From the sequence record SRR20825019_624: 64,000 bases of DNA; one strand, 5' to 3'. A program made the translations under genes and the position numbers. Positions within the stretch are counted from its first letter, which is position 1; every line of letters begins with the position of its first letter. Positions 27,909-35,983 of this stretch are shown here, piece after piece. The notes under the pieces were generated by a model. It was not told the DNA's origin. It saw only the letters and a program-made list of their open reading frames with translations, and made no database searches.

Positions 27909-30900
27909 ATGACACGACTGCGAGGCGCATTTTCAGCGCTGATCCTATCAACGACCCTTCTGGCAGGCGCTGCGGCACAGGGTGTGGCGGCAGATGGTGA
28001 AACACTTCTGCTGCGCGAGCCATCGGTCTCGAAAGACAAGCTGGCGTTTGTGTATGCCGGGGATATCTGGATCGCGGACCGCGATGGTAAAGACGCGAGA
28101 CGGCTGACATCGCACCCGGCAGATGAAGGAAGCCCGCATCTGTCACCTGACGGCAAGTGGGTCGCCTTTACGGCGGAATATGGCAACAACGCAGATGTTT
28201 ATGTCATCTCCGCCGGCGGCGGGCAGCCAAAACGGCTGACCTATCACCCGGAAGACGACGTAGTGCAGGGCTGGAACGTGTCGGGCGGGGAAGTGCTTTT
28301 CACCTCCCGCCGGGAAGTAGCCATCGGGCGCAGCGCACAAGCCTATCAGGTTTCAACAAACGGCGGATACCCGGTGAAGGTGATGGACGCACTGGTGGCC
28401 GAAGGCACATGGTCGCCTGATGGCAAGCGCCTTGCCTACCGGCCTCACACCAAAGCCTATCGCGGCTCCAGCGGCTGGCGGCAGCACCGGGGTGGCACCA
28501 CACCGCCTGTGTGGCTTTATGATATAACGAGCGGCGCATGGGAAGAAATTCCGCACGAGAATGCGAGCGACAGCAACCCGATCTGGCTTGGAGACAAGGT
28601 TTATTTTGTCTCTGACCGTGCGGACGGTGCCGCGAACCTTTTTGAATATGACACCCGCTCAAAAGCTGTGAAGCAGCTGACCGAAAACAGTGTGTGGGAT
28701 ATTCGCAATGCAAGCGGTTATGGCGACAAGCTGGTCTATGAAGCAGGCGGCAGGCTTTATGAGATGAAAACAAGCGGAGGCCGCGCGAAGGAGATTAAAA
28801 TCTCCATCAAGCCAGACCTGCCACAACTGCAACCCGGCTGGAAAGATGCCTCGCGTTCACTTGAAAACGCAGCCCTTTCCCCAACCGGTACGCGCGCGAT
28901 TGTGACAGCGCGCGGCGACATCTTCACCGTACCGACGGAAGACGGCAGCACCCGCAACATCACCGCAACCGACGGTGTGCGCGAAAGCGCCGGCCTTTGG
29001 TCACCAAAAGGTGGTGATCTTGCCTATATCTCGGACGAAGGCGGTGTGCATAGGCTTGTGATCGCTGACCAGACCGGCATGGGAGAAAGCCGCACGCTGG
29101 ATTTGGGTGACACGGGCTATTATGACCTGTTGCTTTGGGGCGGTGACGGCAGCCGCATCATCTATAGTGACAACCACCTCAACCTTTTTGCCATTGACGT
29201 GACAACCGGTGACCGCACCTTGATCGACACCGATGAGCGCCGCTCGGGTTTCGGGGTGTCGCTTTCCAAAGACGGGCGGTGGCTGGCCTATACCAAAACC
29301 GGGGCCAACTATTTTGGCCGCATCATGCTGCATGATTTTGAAAGTGGTGAGAGCGTGGCTGTGACCGATGGGCTGAGCCATGCGGATGCTCCCGCATTTA
29401 GCCCTGACGGTAAATACCTCTATTTCGCGGCGTCCACAAATTCGGGTCCAAGCCAGGTAGGGCTTGATATGTCCACGCAGGAGCGGCCGCTGCGCTTTGG
29501 GCTTTACGTCGCTATCCTGCAGGCGGACGGTGCTTCACCCATGTTGCCAAAACCCGGCGATGAAACGGTGAAAACCGACGAGACTGAGGATACGGACGAC
29601 AAAGACACCGACGAAGACAGCGAAGGCAATGAGGCCTCGGAGGGGGAAGACAAAGCGGATGAGCCGAAGGTGCCTGCGATAGACCTTGAAGGGTTGACGT
29701 CGCGCATCATCGCGCTGCCTGTGGCCGAAAAAGCCTATGACAGCCTTGAGGTGGCGTCCGACGGTGCGCTTTTCTTCATGGAACGCCGCCAACCGGGCGT
29801 GAGCCGCGAACTGCCGGATACGGACACCAGCGCGGTTGATACGCTGATGCGTTTCAACTTCAAGGGCAAAGACGCCGATTCCGCCTTTGACCGGGTGAGC
29901 GACTATAGCCTTTCGGCAGACGGTAAAAAGCTACTGGTCATGGGGGCTGGGGGCCGCCTGATGGTGGCTGATGCTGGCGCGCGCCCACAAGGTAATGCGC
30001 TCAATATGTCAGACGTGAAAAGCTATGTGAACCCACGCGCTGAGTGGGCACAAATCTTCACCGATGTATGGCGTATGGAGCAGGAGTATTTTTATGACCC
30101 CAACCTGCACGGCATTGACTGGCAGGGCGTTTATGACCGTTACCGCCCGCTGGTTGACCATGTGGGCCGCCGCGAGGACCTCAACGAGCTGATGGTTGAA
30201 ATGATCGGCGAATTGCAGGTGGGCCATAACCGTGTTGGCGGTGGTGATGTGCACCGTGAACGTGGTGTGGGTGGAGGCCTTCTGGGCGCTGATCTGGCCA
30301 TTGAAGATGGCCGGTACCGGATCAAGAAGATCTATACCGGTGAGCGCTGGAATCCGTTCCTGACAGCGCCACTTGCCATCCCCGGCATTGGCGCGAATGA
30401 GGGTGATTTCATCCTGGCTGTTAACGGCCGCACGCTGACAGCGGGCGACAACATCAACGCGTTTCTTGAGGGCACAGCGGGCAAGCAGGTAACGCTCAAG
30501 CTTGCGAAATCAGCTGACGGGGCAGATGCGCGCGATATTGTGGTTGAACCCATTGATGACGACAGTGACCTCCGCCACTGGGCCTGGGTGGAAAGCCGCC
30601 GCAAACAGGTTGAGAATGCCACGGACGGCAAGGTGGCCTATGTTTACCTGCCCAACACAGCGGGGGCTGGTTTCACCTATTTCAACCGCATGTTCTTCGC
30701 TCAGGTGGACAAAAAAGCCATCATCGTTGACGAGCGCCAGAACAGCGGCGGGCAAGCGGCCAACTATATCACCGATGTGTTGAGCCGGACGTATCTCTCC
30801 AGCTGGAAAGATCGCGACGGCCTCACGTTCGATACGCCGGGCGGTGCTATTTATGGCCCCAAGGTGATGCTGATTGACCAGGATGCTGGTTCAGGCGGTG

Positions 30901-31238
30901 ATTTCCTCCCCTATGCTTTCAGCCGTATGGGGCTTGGCAAGTTGGTTGGCAAACGCACATGGGGCGGGTTGATCGGTATTTCCGCTAACCCCGGCCTTGT
31001 GGACGGCGGCTGGCTCGCGGTGCCTTTCTTCCGCTTCTACACGCCAGACGGTGAATGGCGGGTGGAGAACGAAGGTGTGAGCCCAGATATCGAGATTGAG
31101 CAGGCACCAGACGCCATCAACGCGGGCCGTGACCCACAGCTTGAGCGCGCGATTGAGGAAATCCTCAAGGACCTTGAGGCTTACACACCGATCAAGCGGC
31201 CAGACGCGCCAGCGATGCCAACCGAGCTTGGCAAATAA
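27909..31238 (+). CDS. Tricorn-like protease (peptidase S41), secreted
   Basis: Signal peptide; PD40 beta-propeller repeats (SPDGKW/SPDGKR/SPDGKY); acidic linker; GELQVGH; PDZ domain; AGSGGDF, GKRTWGG, ENEGVSPDI, GRDPQLERAI. Confidence 0.93.
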   Translation: MTRLRGAFSALILSTTLLAGAAAQGVAADGETLLLREPSVSKDKLAFVYAGDIWIADRDGKDARRLTSHPADEGSPHLSPDGKWVAFTAEYGNNADVYVISAGGGQPKRLTYHPEDDVVQGWNVSGGEVLFTSRREVAIGRSAQAYQVSTNGGYPVKVMDALVAEGTWSPDGKRLAYRPHTKAYRGSSGWRQHRGGTTPPVWLYDITSGAWEEIPHENASDSNPIWLGDKVYFVSDRADGAANLFEYDTRSKAVKQLTENSVWDIRNASGYGDKLVYEAGGRLYEMKTSGGRAKEIKISIKPDLPQLQPGWKDASRSLENAALSPTGTRAIVTARGDIFTVPTEDGSTRNITATDGVRESAGLWSPKGGDLAYISDEGGVHRLVIADQTGMGESRTLDLGDTGYYDLLLWGGDGSRIIYSDNHLNLFAIDVTTGDRTLIDTDERRSGFGVSLSKDGRWLAYTKTGANYFGRIMLHDFESGESVAVTDGLSHADAPAFSPDGKYLYFAASTNSGPSQVGLDMSTQERPLRFGLYVAILQADGASPMLPKPGDETVKTDETEDTDDKDTDEDSEGNEASEGEDKADEPKVPAIDLEGLTSRIIALPVAEKAYDSLEVASDGALFFMERRQPGVSRELPDTDTSAVDTLMRFNFKGKDADSAFDRVSDYSLSADGKKLLVMGAGGRLMVADAGARPQGNALNMSDVKSYVNPRAEWAQIFTDVWRMEQEYFYDPNLHGIDWQGVYDRYRPLVDHVGRREDLNELMVEMIGELQVGHNRVGGGDVHRERGVGGGLLGADLAIEDGRYRIKKIYTGERWNPFLTAPLAIPGIGANEGDFILAVNGRTLTAGDNINAFLEGTAGKQVTLKLAKSADGADARDIVVEPIDDDSDLRHWAWVESRRKQVENATDGKVAYVYLPNTAGAGFTYFNRMFFAQVDKKAIIVDERQNSGGQAANYITDVLSRTYLSSWKDRDGLTFDTPGGAIYGPKVMLIDQDAGSGGDFLPYAFSRMGLGKLVGKRTWGGLIGISANPGLVDGGWLAVPFFRFYTPDGEWRVENEGVSPDIEIEQAPDAINAGRDPQLERAIEEILKDLEAYTPIKRPDAPAMPTELGK

Positions 31239-31272
31239 AGGCGCCACCTCAGGCACTTGTTTGAACTGTAAC

Positions 31273-31307
31273 GAGGAGCGGTGTATCATCGCTCCTCAAT
31301 TCTTTTT
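31273..31307 (+). terminator. Probable terminator after the tricorn protease gene
   Basis: GAGGAGCGGTG-TAT-CATCGCTCCTC stem followed by AATTCTTTTT. Confidence 0.55.
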
Positions 31308-31351
31308 GGTCTCGTTTTTCCGCTCCACCTTTCACAAAGAAGGCCCAGCTT

Positions 31352-32503
31352 ATGACACTCTTCCGACCCCAAATAGCCGTTCGGGTTGCGGCCCTTCTGG
31401 TGCCGCTTTTTGTGCTTGGCGCTTGTGACAGTAAAAACGCCACGGAAACCGAGCAGCCTGTACGCGGCCTGAAGGTTTTTGAGGTATCCGCCACGGCGGA
31501 CAATATGGTCAGGCGTTACCCAAGCGTGATCCAGCCTGCGGATGAGAGCAAACTGTCGTTCGAGATCGGGGGGCAACTCAGCGAAGTAACGCTTGAAGTG
31601 GGCAGCAGAGTGGAGGCGGGGCAGCCGCTCCTGCGCCTCGACCCCACCACACTGAATTTTGAACTGCAGCAGGCTCGGGCTGCCCTTGGGCAGGCAGAAG
31701 CGAGCCTCTCGAACGCCCGCACGGATTTTGAACGCAAGGCCGCGCTGCTGAAGTCAGGCAATGTGACAAAAGCCGCTTATGATAGCGCTGACAACGCCTA
31801 TAAAAGCGCGGAGGCCCAGACGGAACAGGCGCGCCAGCAGCTGGCGATCGCCGGGGAACGGCTGGAGAAATCTGTGCTCAAGGCACCGTTTGACGGGGTG
31901 ATCTCCAGCGTGGATGCCAAGTCGTTCGCCAACGTATCGGCGGGGCAATCTGTGCTCACGCTTTATAGCCTGAATGCGTTTGAAGTAGAGTTCAGTGTGC
32001 CCGCGACCGTGATCAACGCGCTGGCTACAGGTGATGAAGCCCGCGTGGCGGTCACTGACCTCGAGGACGTGACGCTGAAAGGCCGCATCAAGGAATTGGG
32101 CTCGCGTGCCGGGCAGGTGTCTGCCTTTCCCGCTGTTGTTATTCTGGAAGAAGAGCATGAGGGCGTGAAGGCTGGCATGGCGGCGGAAGTGTCGCTGAAC
32201 GTGGGCCTGTTGTCTGGCGATGTGGGTTTTCTTGTGCCGGTGCGCTGTTTTGCGCTCGAGCAGTCTGAAACCCTGCGGCGAGGCGAATCTGTACGTCAGC
32301 ATGACGGCGGCACTGCGCAGGTTTATGTGTTTGACGAGGCGACCTCGACCGTGAAAGCACGCACGGTGATGACCGCCGGTGTACGCGATAATATGATCAT
32401 CGTGGTTGAGGGGCTGAAAGACGGCGAGCTGATCGCCTCCGCCGGGGTATCGTACCTGCATGACGGGCAGAAAGTCCGCCGTCTGCCTGCCAGCAGCCAT
32501 TAA
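31352..32503 (+). CDS. RND efflux periplasmic adaptor (MFP) lipoprotein
   Basis: Lipobox LGAC; LSFEIGG, G.RV.AGQ.L..LD, coiled-coil hairpin, LKAPFDGVI, GLKDGE.I..AG. Confidence 0.92.
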   Translation: MTLFRPQIAVRVAALLVPLFVLGACDSKNATETEQPVRGLKVFEVSATADNMVRRYPSVIQPADESKLSFEIGGQLSEVTLEVGSRVEAGQPLLRLDPTTLNFELQQARAALGQAEASLSNARTDFERKAALLKSGNVTKAAYDSADNAYKSAEAQTEQARQQLAIAGERLEKSVLKAPFDGVISSVDAKSFANVSAGQSVLTLYSLNAFEVEFSVPATVINALATGDEARVAVTDLEDVTLKGRIKELGSRAGQVSAFPAVVILEEEHEGVKAGMAAEVSLNVGLLSGDVGFLVPVRCFALEQSETLRRGESVRQHDGGTAQVYVFDEATSTVKARTVMTAGVRDNMIIVVEGLKDGELIASAGVSYLHDGQKVRRLPASSH

Positions 32504-32515
32504 GGGAGGTATGCG

Positions 32516-35500
32516 ATGACCTTCCTCACCAAACTGGGCCTTGGCCGCAGCCAGTTCACTTTTCTGTTGATGGCTGCACTCATCCTTAGCGGGCTTCTGC
32601 TTTATAAAGATTTTGCCAAGCGCGAGTCGCCCGAGATCACCATCCGCACGGCGATTGTGTCTGCGCTTTATCCGGGCATGCCACCGGGGCGCATTGAAAA
32701 CCTCGTCACCGAGAAAGTGGAACGCAAGATCCGCGAGATTGCGGAGGTGAAGGAAATTCGCACCATTCTGACCACAGGGCGCATGCGCACCTATGTGGAA
32801 CTGAAGGATGAAGTGACAAATCTGGAGCCGATCTGGCAATCGCTCAGAGACAAGATGAACGACATCAGCCGCGAGCTGCCGGAAGGCGCGCACGGGCCGT
32901 TTGTGAATACAGATTTTGGCGAGGTGACCATCGCCTCCATCGCCATGACAGCGGAGGGTTTCAACTACCGTGAGATGGAAGATGCGGCAAAAGACCTGCA
33001 ACGCACGCTCTATACCGTTGACGGTATCGCCAAAGTTCAGCTTTACGGGGTGCAGGAAGAACGTATCTGGCTCGAGCTGGACGCCCGGCGTTTCAAGGCG
33101 ATCGGAGGTCAGTTGAATACGCTGATCAGTGACCTGCAGAACCAGAACGTGGTGTTGCCCGCAGGTGAGATTAACGCGGAAGGCGCGTCTATCCTTCTGG
33201 AAGCTACTGGCGATTTTAAAAGCGTGGCCGAGATCGAGAATATGCTCACGCGCCCTTCAGGCAGTGATGATTTCATCCGGCTGAAAGACCTGCTGACCGT
33301 GCGGCGCGGGTTTGTTTCCCCGCCCGAAAACCGCACCTATTATAATGGTCGCCCCGCACTCGTGGTGGGTGTGCAGATGCAGCCAGGCTATGACATCGCG
33401 GATGTGGGTGAGCGGCTGACGGATGCGACCCGCGCGTTTGAGCAAACCCTGCCCATCGGGTTTGAGCTGAACTTCGCCACCTATCAGCCCAGTGAAGTGC
33501 ACAAAACCGTGGTGGGCGCGCTCTCGAACGTGGGGCAAACCTTCATTGTGGTATTGATCGTGGTGCTTGCTTTCCTTGGCCTTCGCTCGGGCATGGTGAT
33601 CGCATCCATCGTGCCGTTTGCGGTGATGTTTGCGCTTATTGGTATGAAGGTACTGGGCATCGCGCTTGAGCAGGTATCCATTGCGGCGGTGATCATCTCG
33701 CTCGGTCTTCTCGTGGATAACGGCGTGGTGATTGTGGAGGATATCCTCAGCCGGATCGATGGCGGCAGCACCCGGCGGGATGCAGCCCTCAAGGCAGGCA
33801 GCCAGTTTGCGGTGCCGCTTCTGGTGTCGTCGCTCACCACCATATTTGCCTTCACGCCGTTTTTCCTGATTGACGGTTCTGAGGGGGAGTATGCCTTCTC
33901 GCTCGGTGCTGTGCTCGCGCTCACGCTTATCGGGTCATGGATCACGGCGATGTATTTCCTGCCGCTTATTTGCGCGCGAGTGTTGAGGAAGCGTACCACC
34001 CGCCAGCAAACAGAAGAGCAAGCAGAAGAGCGGGTCGAGGCCCCGGCGCCCGAGTATGTGCAGCGCTATCAGCGCATGCTGAAACCGGCGCTTCGTGTTG
34101 CAGCATTTGTAGTGATTGGGGCGTACGGTCTTGTGGTGGCGATGGGGCAGCTTTTTACTGTACTGCCGAATGAAATGTTCCCGCTCAGTGACCGCAATGA
34201 GGTGCTGATCTACCTCGACATGCCCAAAAGTGCGCACTTTGAAGCAACCGAGCGTGTAGCGCTTGAGGTGTCTGACTGGGTTAGCGACGCAGGTGTGAAC
34301 CCTGAGGTGAGCGATCATATCATTTATGTGGGCGAGGGCGGCCCGCGGTTTTATTTGAGCCTCAACCCGGTTGACCCATCACCCTCCACAGCCTTCATTC
34401 TCGTGAACGCCACATCGCCCGAGGCTGCAGCCGTGTTTGCGGGCCGTGCCAAGAAGCATTTTTTTGAAGAAGTGCCGGACGCGCGCTTCACCATCAAGCG
34501 GCTTGCCATGGGCGCCAGTGAAAGCGGGCAGGTGAAGGTTGAGATTTCGGGGCCGGAGCATGAACCCTTGCTGCTTTTAGGGCGGCGGGTTGAACGCATG
34601 TTCGCGGATGTGCCTGGCATTGCGCAAAATGAAAGCGACTGGGGTGAAAAGCTGGTCAAAATGGTGATTGAGGTCGACCAGGATAAAGCCCGGCGGCTCA
34701 ATATGTCGTCCCAAACGCTGGCGCAAAACCTGAATGCCTATTTTGATGGGTTCGAGATTTCAAGCTTCCGCGATGATGACAGCACAATCCCCATTGTGGT
34801 GCGTGCGCTTGAGCGTGACCGTGACAGCATTGAAGACCTTCTCAACATCATTCTGCCAAGTGACACCAACATGGTGGCGCTTGAGCAAACGGCGGTGCTT
34901 AGGCCCTCGCTTGAATATTCGCAAACCTGGCGCAAGAACCAGCAGCCGACCATTACGGTCACCGCAAAAAGCCCGGATCATACGGCGGCGGAACTGTACG
35001 CTTTGGTCAAAGAGGGCATCGACGCCCTGCCGCTGGAGCCGGGCTATGAGGTCACCATCGGGGGTGAGTTGAAAGACTCGTCCGAGATATACGGCAAGCT
35101 TGGTGCGGGGTTGCCGTTTGCAGTGCTGTTGATGATTGTGGCGGTGATGTACCAGTTCAACAGCTTCCGCCGTATCGCGATTATTTTCATGAGCGTGCCG
35201 CTTATTCTTGTGGGCGTGCCGATCGGGCTTCTCATCACCGGTCAGCCCATGTCATTCTTCGCGACACTGGGACTTATCAGCCTTGCTGGCATTATCATCA
35301 ACAACGCCATTGTGCTGGTTGACCAGATTGATATCGAGCTCGAATATCACAAGCTGATGGATGCGGTGGTGATCGCGAGCGGGAAACGCATGCGGCCCAT
35401 ATTGCTGACCTCCATCACCACCGTCGTGGGCCTGTTGCCGCTTTACCTGTTTGGGGGGCCGCTTTGGGAGCCGCTCGCCGTGGTGATGATGTTTGGGTTG

Positions 35501-35572
35501 GCCTTCGCATCTGTGTTAACCCTGTTTTTTGTGCCGGCGACCTATATGCTGCTGTTCAAGCGTAGCTATTAG
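32516..35572 (+). CDS. RND efflux permease (AcrB/HAE1-like family)
   Basis: 1018 aa; IENLVTEKVE, GLLVDNGVVIVE, LTTIFAF.P, GIIINNAIVLVD, RMRPILLTS.TT..GLLPL. Confidence 0.93.
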   Translation: MTFLTKLGLGRSQFTFLLMAALILSGLLLYKDFAKRESPEITIRTAIVSALYPGMPPGRIENLVTEKVERKIREIAEVKEIRTILTTGRMRTYVELKDEVTNLEPIWQSLRDKMNDISRELPEGAHGPFVNTDFGEVTIASIAMTAEGFNYREMEDAAKDLQRTLYTVDGIAKVQLYGVQEERIWLELDARRFKAIGGQLNTLISDLQNQNVVLPAGEINAEGASILLEATGDFKSVAEIENMLTRPSGSDDFIRLKDLLTVRRGFVSPPENRTYYNGRPALVVGVQMQPGYDIADVGERLTDATRAFEQTLPIGFELNFATYQPSEVHKTVVGALSNVGQTFIVVLIVVLAFLGLRSGMVIASIVPFAVMFALIGMKVLGIALEQVSIAAVIISLGLLVDNGVVIVEDILSRIDGGSTRRDAALKAGSQFAVPLLVSSLTTIFAFTPFFLIDGSEGEYAFSLGAVLALTLIGSWITAMYFLPLICARVLRKRTTRQQTEEQAEERVEAPAPEYVQRYQRMLKPALRVAAFVVIGAYGLVVAMGQLFTVLPNEMFPLSDRNEVLIYLDMPKSAHFEATERVALEVSDWVSDAGVNPEVSDHIIYVGEGGPRFYLSLNPVDPSPSTAFILVNATSPEAAAVFAGRAKKHFFEEVPDARFTIKRLAMGASESGQVKVEISGPEHEPLLLLGRRVERMFADVPGIAQNESDWGEKLVKMVIEVDQDKARRLNMSSQTLAQNLNAYFDGFEISSFRDDDSTIPIVVRALERDRDSIEDLLNIILPSDTNMVALEQTAVLRPSLEYSQTWRKNQQPTITVTAKSPDHTAAELYALVKEGIDALPLEPGYEVTIGGELKDSSEIYGKLGAGLPFAVLLMIVAVMYQFNSFRRIAIIFMSVPLILVGVPIGLLITGQPMSFFATLGLISLAGIIINNAIVLVDQIDIELEYHKLMDAVVIASGKRMRPILLTSITTVVGLLPLYLFGGPLWEPLAVVMMFGLAFASVLTLFFVPATYMLLFKRSY

Positions 35573-35599
35573 GCGGAAAGAAGCCGTGTGGGGGATTAA

Positions 35600-35764
35600 A
35601 TGAACCCATTTAAAAGTGCGAAACGTAACCTGAAGAGCAAGGTCGCCCAACGAACAGGAATGCCGACGACCCGGTCTGGAAGAAGGCGTAAGGGGCAGAG
35701 GTTAATTGGAAATTTCTGGGGAGGCCTTGTGTTGGTGCTCTTCTTCCTATGGTTCGTGTCATAG
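35600..35764 (+). CDS. Small basic membrane-anchored protein (54 aa), missed by the ORF track
   Basis: GGGGA SD, then MNPFKSAKRNLKSKVAQRTGMPTTRSGRRRKGQRLIGNFWGGLVLVLFFLWFVS*. K/R-rich N-part and C-terminal TM helix. Confidence 0.6.
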   Translation: MNPFKSAKRNLKSKVAQRTGMPTTRSGRRRKGQRLIGNFWGGLVLVLFFLWFVS

Positions 35765-35926
35765 TGCGTTTGTGGAACCTCAAAATAGAAATTGGGACGG
35801 AAACCGCAGAATCCGCATAAAGCAGCGCTATTTAGTGCGTGTTTGTAATAAAATATGCCAAAATAGGGCGTATTGAGACATTTTATTAGGTGACATCGCG
35901 GCTGGTTCTGGTACAAAAGCGCCAAT

Positions 35927-35942
35927 TTGACAGCGGTGTCAG
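35927..35942. promoter_or_regulatory. LacI-family operator TTGACAGCGGTGTCAG upstream of ppc
   Basis: 14/16 match to the palindrome; same central variant as the zwf site. Confidence 0.7.
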
Positions 35943-35983
35943 CTAATGACATCACAAAATCCAAAACAAATGAGGGACAAATT

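Noticed and set aside
29560-29670. GAC/GAA-rich repeat-like tract within the tricorn gene
   Set aside because: It encodes the acidic low-complexity linker usual in bacterial tricorn homologues and is not a DNA repeat element.
31754-33001. Long antisense ORFs (e.g. 31754-33001, 50017-51123, 505-1515, 16947-17666)
   Set aside because: They lie opposite well-supported genes, have no recognisable motifs, and are the expected shadow ORFs of GC-rich coding DNA.
35927-35983. TTG start for ppc as given by the ORF track
   Set aside because: The TTG is part of the operator/-35 box; ATG 35984 has a proper GAGGGA SD.
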